This document shows positions 12,870 to 23,878 of a stretch of DNA of 64,000 bases, one piece after another. The stretch is from Dendrobates tinctorius (lineage: Eukaryota): the NCBI RefSeq assembly GCF_039654945.1, contig NW_027361802.1, positions 17,236,001 to 17,300,000 on the forward strand, in the 5' to 3' direction. The position numbers were made by a program, and so were the translations under genes. The notes beneath the pieces were generated by a model. That model was not told the DNA's origin. It searched no databases and was given only the letters and a program-made list of their open reading frames with translations. Each line of letters starts with the position of its first letter. The stretch's first letter is position 1.

Positions 12870-14683
12870 GCTCCTGTTCCTGTCCAATATTTTTTAATTG
12901 TTTTTTGATGAAATAAAGATTACTCTAAAAATGTTACTAGAAGCTGGAACATTTCTTCCTTTTCCTGTAAATGTGCAACAAGCCTTATTGCAATCTTTGG
13001 CAGCCAGAATGAAAAAAATCAAAACATGTGAAGAATTGTTTTTATTTATTTTTTACGCCATTCATTGTGCGTTAGAAGTGATTAGGCAACTTTATTCTTT
13101 GGGTCAGTGAGATTAGAGAGATACCAAATTTATAATCGGGTATTTATGTTTGGCTGCTGTCACTAAAAGTTGCTTTTTAGTGCGAAAACTAGTTTTTGCA
13201 TCACATTTTGAAAGCTCTAATTTTTCCATATTTCAGCAGACAGAGTCATTTTATGACTAAAGATGACCGAACATTTCAATGTTCCGTTCAGATTACATTT
13301 GCTGAATTTGCAATATTCGACGATTAATTCATTGAATATTCGCCGAATATAACCGAACGCCATTCACCTCTATGGGAGGCAAAAACAAACGCATGCACAA
13401 CACCTTAAAACTGCCCCAAATGCTGCCAAAGCACATCAAATGAGGAACAGACACCAGGAAAATGGCCTTAATTCACCCACAGTACAGATTTTAGCATGGC
13501 ACTGCAGCAATCAGCCAGGCATGAGGTATCGGAGTCTTGGACAGCATTTACAGCTTTCAATTGAATGTCACAGTAAAACTAGGTGGGTGAGGGATCGGTG
13601 TAGGCCCCCTTTGCTGGGAGCCTTGATAACTCATTCAACACTTTTACCTGCTTTCAGTGTCATCAATTGCAATAAAGTAAAATTAGAATTGCAGGGACCG
13701 ACACCTTTCTCACTACAGACAACTCACCAGATGGAGACTGTAACGGGCAAAGGGGTGGAATCACTTTTCCGTTTCCCTCTGAAAGCCTGGAAGCGGTGTA
13801 ACTAGGTGGCCTACAAATCCCTACTTGCACAAGTGGCAGCAGGCGAAAACCGTGAAACAAAGAGGTACAAAGAGGTGGCACAAGGTGCTACTCCATGGCT
13901 GACCTACTTAGTGTAGCAGCTGACCCCCTACAGTGGGTAAGCTGCTAAGGCCCAAAGGAGGGGTAAAATATGCAGCCAGGAACAGTAGGGACTCTGGATT
14001 CACAGGTGCAGCTGGGACCGGCTGAGGAACAGAAAATCACTGGCAGGTGCAGGTTGGACCAGGTGTTAGACAAGTGGGTGCTGGCAGGTGCGATCTGGAC
14101 CAGCTGATAGACAAAAGAGCGCAAACAGGTACGAGCAGACTGGCAAAGGCAGGTAAGAGCAGAAGGGTCCAGGGTAGACAAGCATACAGATGGATCTAGG
14201 GATCCTGACAACTAGCAAGCATGCAAGGCAAACTAACAATGTGGCTCAGGCACCTCTATATTGGAGAAGCCTTTAATAGAAGGTGTCGCCCAGCTATACA
14301 CTGGGAGTACCTTATGTTGATGCATGAGGACCCTTTAATAGTGAGGGAGTGCACGAGTGTGCCCTCTAAGCATAGTTTCTAGTCCTACAACTAAACCTTG
14401 GAGGAAACCGACACATAGGGGGTGAGATGAGGAGGTGGTGTGTGAGGGGGAGACAGTGAATGTAATGTCTGTTAGGAATGTGGAGATCCAACAAAGGGCC
14501 TAGTCTGTAATGTCAACAGAACAGAAAATCTGTAGTAAGAGAGAATGGTCCACTGTGTCAAAGACAGGTCTAGGAGGAAGAGGAGGACAAACTCGCGTCA
14601 TTTTCATTTGGCGGTTAGTTGGTCATTGGTGACTTTAGTCAGGGCAGTGTCAGTGGAATTGTGCAGTCTGAAGTCAGATTGTA

Positions 14684-16097
14684 TTACGGCTATGGAGTAT
14701 TAGGAAAAAAATATGAGACGCTTAGCATATAACTTGGGCAAATTATATCTGCCCATCAACCAACATCAATGTGGCCTCAAAGTCTGATGGGTACCTACAC
14801 TGTGTGAATACCTTTCTAAGGCTAATGTCTGAACTCCTGAGTGAATGTGGACACCTCTGTCAGCAATGCCTGCATTTATGGGTAAGTAGGAACCTGCTGT
14901 AGTTAAAATCACCACCTGGTGGAGGGCGGAGAGCTCAGTCAGTAAGCTAATATACAAAAGACAAAAAACTGACTGGCACATCCAGACTAGTGTGAATAGG
15001 TGCATACCAGGAGGAGCTACCTCCATATACAATATACAAAATAAGGTTGCACTCTTTTATGCTAAAGCATGTCAATGTGGAATATATGAAATTTGAATAG
15101 CAATACGGCTATGGAGTATTAGAAAAAAATATGAGACGCTTAGCATATAACTTGGCCAAATTATTTTTGCGCATCAACCAACGTCAAGGTGGCCTCAAAG
15201 TCTGATGGGTACCTACACTGTGTGAATACCTCTCTAAGGCTGATGTCTGAATTCCTGGGTGAATGTGAACACCTCTGTCAGCAATGCTTGCATTTATGGG
15301 TAAGTAGGGACCTGCTGTGGTTAAAATCACCACCTGGTAGAGGGCGGAGTGCTCTGTGAGTAAACTAATATACAAAAGACAAAAAACTGACACAGGTATT
15401 CACACAGTGTAGGTACCCATCAGACTTTGAGGCCTCCTTGATGTTGGTTAATGGGCAGATATAATTTGGCCAAGTTATATGTTAAGCGTCTCATATTTTT
15501 TTCCTATTACTTCATAGCCGTATTGCTATTCAAATTTCATATAATCCACATTGACATGCTTTAGCATGGCAGAGTGCAACCTTATTTTGTATATTGTATA
15601 TTGAGGTAGCTCCTCCTGGTATGCACCTATTCACACTAGTCTGGATGTGCCAGTCAGTTTTTTGTCTTTTGTATATTAGCTTACTGACCGAGCACTCCGC
15701 CCTCCACCAGGTGGTGATTTTAACTACAGCAGGTCCCTACTTACCCATAAATGCAGGAATTGCTGACTGCTGACAGAAGTGTCCACATTCATCCAGGAAT
15801 TCAGACATCAGCTTTAGAGAGGAATTCACACAGTGTAGGTACCCATCAGACTTTGAGGCCACCTTGATGTTGGTTGATGGGCAGATATAATTTGGCCAAG
15901 TTATATGCTAAGCGTCTCATGTATTTTTTTCCTAATACTCCATAGCCGTATTGCCATTCAAATTTCATATATTCCACATTGACATGCTTTAGCATGATAG
16001 AGTGTAACCTTATTTTGTATATTGTATATTGAGGTAGCTCCTCCTTGTATGCACCTATTCACACTAGTTTGGATGTGTCAGTCAATTCGTTGTCTTT
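14684..16097. mobile_element. Retrozyme-like non-coding element, ~419-bp tandem unit, inverted arms, no canonical hammerhead
   Basis: 15-bp TSD TGAAGTCAGATTGTA (14669-14683, 16098-16112); unit repeats at 14685 and 15104; inversion ~15392; about 1.7 units per arm; inserted in an L2 fragment. Confidence 0.85.
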
Positions 16098-16314
16098 TGA
16101 AGTCAGATTGTACGCGGTCAAAGAGGGAGCAAGAGGAGAAGTGGGAGGAGAATTCAAAATGGACATGTTGTTGCAGTAGTTTGGTGGCATAGGGGAGAAA
16201 TGGTATGGGGCGATAGGTAAACACAGAGGATGGGTCAAGGGTAGGCTTTTTGAGGATGGATGTGATTGAAGTATCCAAGCAAGAAAAGTTTTTCCAGCAA
16301 GCGTTGAAGGAACA

Positions 16315-16500
16315 GTAGTAGATGTTTTTAGAAAAAAACTCAATATTTAATGAATCAAAAAAAAGTTACATGTATGGACAAAAATTTATCTCCTCACCCC
16401 TCTAAAACAAGGGGGTGAGGGGTTAACCTTTTTGCCTATACATGTAACTTTTTTGTATTCTTTAAATATTGAAGAGTTTTTTTCTAAAAACATCTACTAC
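16315..16500. repeat. ~185-bp imperfect palindrome (fold-back)
   Basis: GTAGTAGATGTTTTTAGAAAAAAACTC... mirrored by ...GAGTTTTTTTCTAAAAACATCTACTAC; centre near 16405. Confidence 0.8.
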
Positions 16501-16524
16501 ATGGATTCTAAGATTTGCTGGGCA

Positions 16525-18514
16525 GTTTATACTGAGTACACCGATACCTCATATGTGGTCATAAACCACTGATTGGGCGCACAGCAGAGCCCGGAAGGGA
16601 AGGAGCACCATTTGACTTTTTGAATGGAAAATTAGCTACAATCGTTAGCGGACACTCTTTCGCGTTTGGAGAGCCCCTGTGTGCCTAAACAGTGAAACCC
16701 CCCCACAAGTCACACCATTTTGGAAGCTAGACCCCTTAAGGAACTTATCTAGATGTGTGGTGAGCACTTTGAACCCCCAAGTGCTTCACAGAAGTTTATA
16801 AACGCAGAGCCATGCAATTAAAAAAATCATTTTTTTCCTCAAAAATGATTTTTTAGCCCGCTATTTTTATTTTTATAAATGGTAACAGGATAAATTGCTC
16901 CCCAAAAGCTGTTGTCCAGTTTGTCCTGAGTACGCTAGTATCCCATATGTGGGGGAACCATTGTTTGGGCACATGTCGAGGCTCGGAATGGAAATAGTGA
17001 CGTTTTGAAATGCAGACTTTGATGGAATGGTCTGCGGGCGTTGTTACGTTTGCAGAGCCCCTGATGTGCCTAAACAGTAGAAACCCCCCATAAGTGACCC
17101 CATTTTGGAAACTAGACCTCCCAAGGAGCTTATGTAGATGTCTGGTGAGCACTTTGAACCCCCAAGTGCTTCACAGAAGTTTATAACGCAGAGCTGTCAA
17201 AAAATAAAAAATCATTTTCCACAAAAATATTTTTTTTGCCCCCAATTTTTTATTTTCCCAAGGGTAACTGAAGAAATTAGACCCCCAAAGTTGTTGTGCA
17301 ATATTTCCTGAGCACGCTGATACCCCATATGTTGGGGTAAGCCACTGTTTGGGCACACGTCGGGGCTTGGAAGGGAGGGAGCACCGTTTGACTTTTTGAA
17401 CGCAAAATTGGCTGGAATCAATGGTGGCGCCATGTCGCGTTTGGAGACCTCCTGATGTGCCTAAACAGTGGAAACCCCTCAATTCTCAATCCAACCTTAA
17501 CCTCAACACACCCTAACCACAACCCTAACCCCAACACATCCTTAACCCTAATCCCAACCCTAACCATAACCCTAACCCCAACACACCCCTAACCCTAATC
17601 CCAAACCTAACCATAACCCTAACCACAAGCCAACCCTAATCCCAACCCTAACCCCAACACACCCCTTACCCTAATTTTAACCATCATTCAATCCCAACCC
17701 TAATTCCAACCCTAACCCTAATTCCAACCCTCACCCTAATTCCTACCCTAACCCTAATTCTAACCCTAACCCTAATTCTAACACTAACCCTAAAAGAAAA
17801 ATAAAAATAGAAAAAAAAATTTATTTTATTATTTGTCCCTACCTATGGAGGTGATTTACTATTTTTTTATTTTGATCGCTATGTTAGGATCTTTCACAGT
17901 GATCAAAATGAATGAATGGAATCTGCCATTTGGCAGATTCGACGTGCACACTGTGCATGCGACTGTCATTTTGGAGGATGGCGGTGCCCATGATCCGGGA
18001 CGACAGGACACCGGGAGGCACAGCGGGACTCGGAGGGTACCAGGGGGGAGGGGGGTGATCGTAAGGTGGGGGGAGTGGAGGGAAGGGGAGGGGGAGCAGA
18101 TGATGATGGCGGTGGCAGATTGCCGCTGTCACTCGGTGGCGGGGGCCGATCACCTCATCAGTCGTGGGGGGGTCGGTTTGGTGTCTCCAACCATGCCCGA
18201 TGCTATTTCAGCATCGGCCATTGATGGATTGCAATATTTCATCAAATTTCATTGATGAAATATTACTATCACTCTGATTGGCTGTTTCACTTTCAACAGC
18301 CAATCAGAGCGATCGTAGCCACAGGGGGCAAAGCCACCCCCCCTGGGGTGAAGCACAAAGAGTCCTGTATCTGCGGGTTGGGTGACCTTTCAGTGACCCC
18401 GGTAACCCAACCCGCAGGAATGCTATTTATGCTATGATGCCAACGTAGGCGCCATGGGTCATATTGGCCCAGATTTTCATGATGCCTACGTTGGTGTCAT
18501 GGGTCGGGAAGGGG
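16525..18514. mobile_element. Non-autonomous piggyBac-like element (left end not found) with internal ~385-bp repeats
   Basis: Right end GGGTCGGGAAGGGG followed by TTAA (18515-18518); block GAGCACTTTGAACCCCCAAGTGCTTCACAGAAG repeated at ~16762 and ~17147. Confidence 0.6.
17490..17793. repeat. Degenerate (CCCTAA)n-like hexamer tract inside the transposon
   Basis: CCCTAA interleaved with CCCCAA, TCCCAA, TTCCAA and CCATAA variants. Confidence 0.85.
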
Positions 18515-20252
18515 TTAAACAGCCATCACAGTGGTGAGCTGAAATCAAACATATTTTTTCCTTTAGTGATCGAGGGATGTTTCAATCAGGATGGAAGACT
18601 GTGTTAAAGTTTGGAATGAGGTGGGACTTTATTGTGTCAAGTTCACAGGTGGTGAGGCAAAGTATTCAGATGAGATGAGAGGAGAGGGAGGGGAACTGGT
18701 GGATGCAGTAAAGAATTAAAAGTACTGAATAGCTGTTTAGGGTTGTGAGACAGGTATGATATGAGGGATGAGAAGTCGGCTTGTTTTGCTGCAGTCAGAA
18801 TTTGTACAGCATTTTTATCCACAAAAAGTTATATTTTAGTTTCATCAGACCACAGGACATGTCTCCAAAAATTAAGTTATTTGTTCCTGTGTGTATTTGC
18901 AAACATTAATCTGGCTTTTTTTAAGTGTTTCTTTTGGAGTAATAGCTTCTTCCTGGCAGAGTGGCCTTTCAGCCCTTGTTGATACAGTACTTGTTTCACT
19001 GTGGATATTGACACAATCTTACCAGCTTCCACCATCATCTTCACAAAGTCTTTTTGTCATGGTCCAGTCCGGAGTTTATTTTCTGCTGTCTTCACTCCGG
19101 ACTGGTCATGCGGGAGTTAATCTCCTCAGCCTCGTTCTGGAGCTAGCTGGGCTATTTCAGTCTCTCACAGCCTGCTGACCAGTGTTAGTGATAGCTCAAG
19201 CTTCCAGTTTAGAGCCTCTGACCCTTGTACCTTGGTGTTCCTCCTGCCTTTGACTGATATTCACGTGTATGACCCGGACTGATTTCTGACCCCGTCTCTT
19301 GGTATTCGTCTCTGCTGTTACGTTCCCTCTCTGGCATCTGACTCCCCGGCTTGTACCCCAACCACGTATTTTGTCTCACGTTTTGGACCCCGTACTCATG
19401 TTCTGGCTTTCTGACTCTCGGCTTGGTATTTTGACTACGTGTATTGCTGCTCCTTCTGGTATGTCTGCTCCTGCTAGTTTCTGACTCGGTTCATCTGACT
19501 ATTCCCTCTCACTACCTGTGGCACCTGTGCTGTTGCTCAGGGTTGCTGCTCTTAGTGTGTAACCTCTCTTCCCTCACCAGCTCCCCCTGGTGGAGGTTTT
19601 ACTACATTATCACTAACCATAAACAGAGGAAACAGAATTCAAACTCACTATATATTTGAATAAATTATTAACATGTGTTTGACAATATATACTGTCTCAA
19701 AACTACGTTTGAACCAATCCCCCTCTGAATAAAAAGGATGGCAGACCATCCGGTATATATAAAAATAAAATGACTCGAAGATGGATGGAAATAAAATGCC
19801 ACAAGGTAAAAAATTAATCAAAAAAAATCTAAAATATATATATTTATATACCCAAATATATAAAATTAAAAAGGAATATATATAGTAGTAATAAATGATT
19901 CAGGAACACAATGCTTAATTATATAAAAAAAAGCCTTTGTTAAAATATTGGCACAGCATATAAGTGCATAATAAAAAGAAAGAAAAATACACAGCCACAT
20001 TAGCAATATATGTATGGAATAAGGAAAAACCAGTCCATAACATAAGGCTTAATTAATGAACTAGGTAAATAATCAAGTGACACAAAAAGCATTACCAAAT
20101 ATATAAAAGCAATATATGCTCAAAGTGCTATAGTGCAACTGTGCAACTGTGAAATCCCACTAGAGAATGTGCAACATAACCGCAATGAACAAAGTGCAGT
20201 GTATAAAATACCTGTAAGCCTATTTGCGCTGTGTGGAGTGTATTTAAACGCG

Positions 20253-20294
20253 CCCCGACGCACGTTTCGGAAATAAATCTACTTTATCAGGGGG
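20253..20294 (-). ncRNA. Hammerhead-like motif in the PLE-2 pLTR (degenerate)
   Basis: Minus strand: CCC-CTGATAAAG...CGAAACGTGCGTC-GGGG. Confidence 0.6.
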
Positions 20295-20775
20295 GTTAAT
20301 GATCTACAGTGCGTGTGAAAGGTTTATTTATAATGGAATCAATTACGGGCAAATAGCTCAGCAGCGCATGCGCCGTCATTACAACCCGGAAGTCACAAGG
20401 CGATACACATCATGTGACTAAATACTTCCGGGTATATTGAATGTCAGTCACTGTGAGACGCCGTTTCCATGTGAACCAGCGGCGTATTCAATAGCACGTG
20501 CATATAGCACAATGCCCATTATTTCTAATGAGGTTGATCACGGGCAGAGAACTTAACGGCGCATGCGTAGCCAATACAGCACGGAAGTCACAATGCGACA
20601 GGCGTCATGTGCAAAAGGACCCGTCGCCATGCGAACCACCGGTGATTAGATAACGCATGCGCACAGTTCAATGCCAATGACAACATCAGACTAATTGCAA
20701 TAAAAACGAGGGAAATAATATGTGGAAAATGGATATAACTCTATCAAATGTGAGGCATAATAAATCATACCCCAT

Positions 20776-20824
<49 letters not shown>

Positions 20825-21259
20825 GCCAAATATAAACAGTGCTGTAGTAATATAGAAAGTGTATATAATTAGTACATGTGACAACATATATACATTAATT
20901 ATAATATATAAATACACAATAATAGTCACATATATATATAACATAATAATAATTAGTTCCATAATTGCATGGAATTACATTAATTATGAATACAAAAGTG
21001 CACCCAGTGGGAAACAAGATAAATATGAAGTGCCACAAAAAATAAAAAAATATAATAAATTAAAAAAATAAATAATAATTACTAAATATATATATATATA
21101 TATATATATCTAAATAAGCCGAAATATAAACAGATAGAGGTTCTTCTTGCTTCCTCTTTCCACCAGAATAAGGATGAATATGATGGTCCTCACATAACCG
21201 CATCAGTCACACCATTGAAAAAAAAAAAAAAAATTTTTTAAATGCATGGAAAAAAGACT

Positions 21260-23353
21260 TTATAAAAAAGGAATAAACAAAACACTCTCATTAAGACCCA
21301 ATGGAGACACCGTACCTAGTGTCCATATCCATTGGGTCTCTAGTTGAGCAAGCAATTTACTGACATTTCCTCCTCTATCACCCCTGCACACCATATCAAT
21401 GCCAGATACCTTCAATAATGAAGAATCACAATTGTGATGTATTTTGAAATGTCTGGGCTGGGTTTTGAGTGAGGAAATGTCCTCAACATCAACAGCTGCC
21501 TTTATGCCTAATACATGCTCCCACACCCTCACCTTGAGCTGGCGAGTGGTAAGGCCAACGTAGATGAGGGGGCAGGGGCATGTGGCACAATAAATGACAG
21601 CTGTAGATGAGCAAGTTATGGATTTCTTGATGTCAAAAACACGAACATTATCAGAACTCATAAATGTACGTGCCCTGACAATATTAGGGCAGGCTATACA
21701 CTGTCCACACGGTTTACAACCCGTGGTTTGTTTGTGTTGTGCAATAAAGTTATTAGCTGGTTCCTGAACATAGTGACTTTTCACTAAACCATCAACTAAA
21801 TTAGGTGATCTCCGAAATGTAATATTCGGATGATCTCCAATATATTTTGAAAGAATGGGATCTGCCTTCAAGATTGGCCAAAATTTGTCCAAATTAAATC
21901 TAAGTTGTTCCTTTTGGCCATTGAAGCTAGTAATAAATCTAACTACTTCCTTAGAATTTGATTTATTTTTATTGTTATCATAAAGTACACTATGTCGAGA
22001 TAAATGTCTTGCTCTATTAAATGCCCTTTTTATGGAGTGTCGGCTATAACCTCGCTCCATAAATCTTTCTTTCAATAACTCTGCCTGTCTTAAAAAATCC
22101 ATTTCTGTGGAACAAATGTATCTTATGTGCAAAAATTGCCCAATTGGAATAGAGTTGATTAAATTACGAGGGTGAGAAGATGATGCATGAAGGAGAGAGT
22201 TAACTGCTGTTTGTTTCCTAAACAAATCAGTTTGTAAACAATCATTGCAATCCCTCATCACATGGACATCCAGAATATCAATGACCTCACAATTGAACTG
22301 AAAAGTAAGAGGCACATTGATGTCATTCAAATTTAGCATTCCGATAAATTTAGATAGCTTGTCGGTGGAATCCTGCCAAATAAAAAACACATCATCGATG
22401 TAGCGTGTCCAAAATGGAACACGCTCAATCGACTCATAATTACCAGATAGAAAGAGGTCCCTCTCCCACAGACCCAGGAACAGGTTGGCATAACATGGGG
22501 CAAAAGAAGCACCCATCACTGTTCCCTTGGTCTGTAGGAAGAAGGACCCCTTAAAAATAAAAAAATTGTGGCATAAAGCAAATTCTAATAAATTAATAAA
22601 AAACATAATAAATGAACGTGAGTAGGATGAATGTTGTAAAAAATATAATACAGCAGCGATTCCATCGGCATGTTTAATACTAGTATATAAGGACTCCACG
22701 TCACATGTAACTAACATGGAGTCCTTATCAATATGCATACCATCAATCTTTTTAAGAAAATCACTGGTGTCCCTGGTGTAAGATGGGAGGGATGAAACAA
22801 AAGGCTGCAAAATGAAATCGATGTATTTGTTAACATTTTCCAAGAAATGACCTCTCCCTGATATAATTGGTCTACCCGGTGGTATATCAATGTTTTTATG
22901 TATCTTGGGCAGCAGATAAAGGGTGGGAATGGTAGGCTCTTGGACTTGTAGGGCCAAAAAGAGATCATTTGTAATTATGCCATCATCTTTGGCATCCTGT
23001 AAGAATAATTTTAGCTCCACTTGAAATTTTGACAGAGGGTTGAATGTTAACATCTTATAACATTCAGGATTATTGAACTGACGGTATGCCTCTGTTTTAT
23101 ACATGTCTTTTGGCCATACCATTATATTCCCACCCTTATCTGCTTGCTTGTATACAATATCTTGTAGACCAGACAATCTCTTAAGGCTTGTTCTTTCTTT
23201 AAAGCTCAAATTATCCATATGTATTTTAGGTGAAATGCTATTTAATTCCCTACTAACTGTTTTGACAAATACCTCGACACTTGGACAAGTTGATAATGAA
23301 AGAAATTTGGTAGATGGTTTCTTAATAAACTGTGGAACCTCACCTTCCTTCAT
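21260..23353 (-). CDS. PLE-2 reverse transcriptase/GIY-YIG endonuclease (697 aa open; one in-frame stop ~23369 separates the N-terminal part)
   Basis: ADKGGN, LPKIHK, GRPIISG, DVESLYT, GTVMGASFAP, RYIDD, CKPCGQCIAC, VIYCATCPCPLIYVGLT; the Cys motif between RT and EN is of the Neptune type. Confidence 0.9.
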   Translation of the reverse strand: MKEGEVPQFIKKPSTKFLSLSTCPSVEVFVKTVSRELNSISPKIHMDNLSFKERTSLKRLSGLQDIVYKQADKGGNIMVWPKDMYKTEAYRQFNNPECYKMLTFNPLSKFQVELKLFLQDAKDDGIITNDLFLALQVQEPTIPTLYLLPKIHKNIDIPPGRPIISGRGHFLENVNKYIDFILQPFVSSLPSYTRDTSDFLKKIDGMHIDKDSMLVTCDVESLYTSIKHADGIAAVLYFLQHSSYSRSFIMFFINLLEFALCHNFFIFKGSFFLQTKGTVMGASFAPCYANLFLGLWERDLFLSGNYESIERVPFWTRYIDDVFFIWQDSTDKLSKFIGMLNLNDINVPLTFQFNCEVIDILDVHVMRDCNDCLQTDLFRKQTAVNSLLHASSSHPRNLINSIPIGQFLHIRYICSTEMDFLRQAELLKERFMERGYSRHSIKRAFNRARHLSRHSVLYDNNKNKSNSKEVVRFITSFNGQKEQLRFNLDKFWPILKADPILSKYIGDHPNITFRRSPNLVDGLVKSHYVQEPANNFIAQHKQTTGCKPCGQCIACPNIVRARTFMSSDNVRVFDIKKSITCSSTAVIYCATCPCPLIYVGLTTRQLKVRVWEHVLGIKAAVDVEDISSLKTQPRHFKIHHNCDSSLLKVSGIDMVCRGDRGGNVSKLLAQLETQWIWTLGTVSPLGLNESVLFIPFL

Positions 23354-23878
23354 GTTGTGTTCTCTTGACTACTGCTCCAAGTCAGCTAATGCCTCCTGTT
23401 CCGCCTCTGTTGGAAAAGAATCGAAGGTTTGTTTATCGTGAAAAATGCGTTTAAATAGTAACTTCCTAGCAAAAAGATGTAAATCTTTGACTGCCCTAAA
23501 ACAGTCAAATTTTGCCATGGGGCAAAACATTAATCCTTTACTTAAAATGCTAATTTCAATAGAAGAAAAGGTATGAGTGCTTAAATGAATTACCCTTAAC
23601 TGATTTGAATTTGATTCTGGAGAATAATTTCTTTTGTTAGGAAGAAAACGCAAATTCCTTTTTCTCTTAGGAGTAACCATGGAAGACATAGAGGCGGAAG
23701 AGGGCATTGTGAAGAGGGAAATAATGGGCATTGTGCTATATGCACATGCTATTGAATACGCCGCTGGTTCACATGGAAGCGGCATCTCACAGTGACTGAC
23801 ATTCAATATACCCGGAAGTATTTAGTCACATGATGTGTATCGCCTTGTGACTTCCGGGTTGTAATGACGGCGCATGCA

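Larger units (their letters stand above)
2750..12970 (+). mobile_element. Penelope-like retroelement PLE-1 (decayed; pLTR-ORF-pLTR), interrupted by a solo LTR, L2, Tc1 and a piggyBac-like element
   Basis: pLTR at ~2750-3030 is repeated at ~12673-12970; RT motifs MGVKFSPSLSNL and WYGRYIDD (5775-6185); Cys motif and GIY-YIG (VYAIECTACNKLYIGCT, ~6680-6730); sequence rejoins across each insertion. Confidence 0.85.
13258..18815 (-). mobile_element. Composite repeat copy A (hAT-like end + LTR-like piece + L2 piece), inverted paralog of 33470-37803; contains later insertions
   Basis: Starts TAAAGATGACCGAA, a degenerate version of the hAT-like end seen as TTCGCTCATCTCTA at ~37790; 13440-14680, 16098-16280 and 18560-18815 align in reverse to 35846-37700 and 33470-33530. 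Confidence 0.6.
19621..23878 (-). mobile_element. Penelope-like element PLE-2 with an inverted pLTR fragment at 23715-23878
   Basis: Long minus-strand RT/GIY-YIG ORF; 23715-23878 is the reverse complement of ~20365-20520; AT-rich 3' region. Confidence 0.9.

Noticed and set aside
17490-17793. True telomere or chromosome fusion site
   Set aside because: Short, degenerate, single orientation and embedded in a transposon.
17833-18255. Pro/Gly-rich ORFs
   Set aside because: Low-complexity GC-rich interior of the piggyBac-like element.
20765-21071. Hydrophobic Ile/Tyr ORFs
   Set aside because: Translation of (TA)n-rich PLE 3' sequence.
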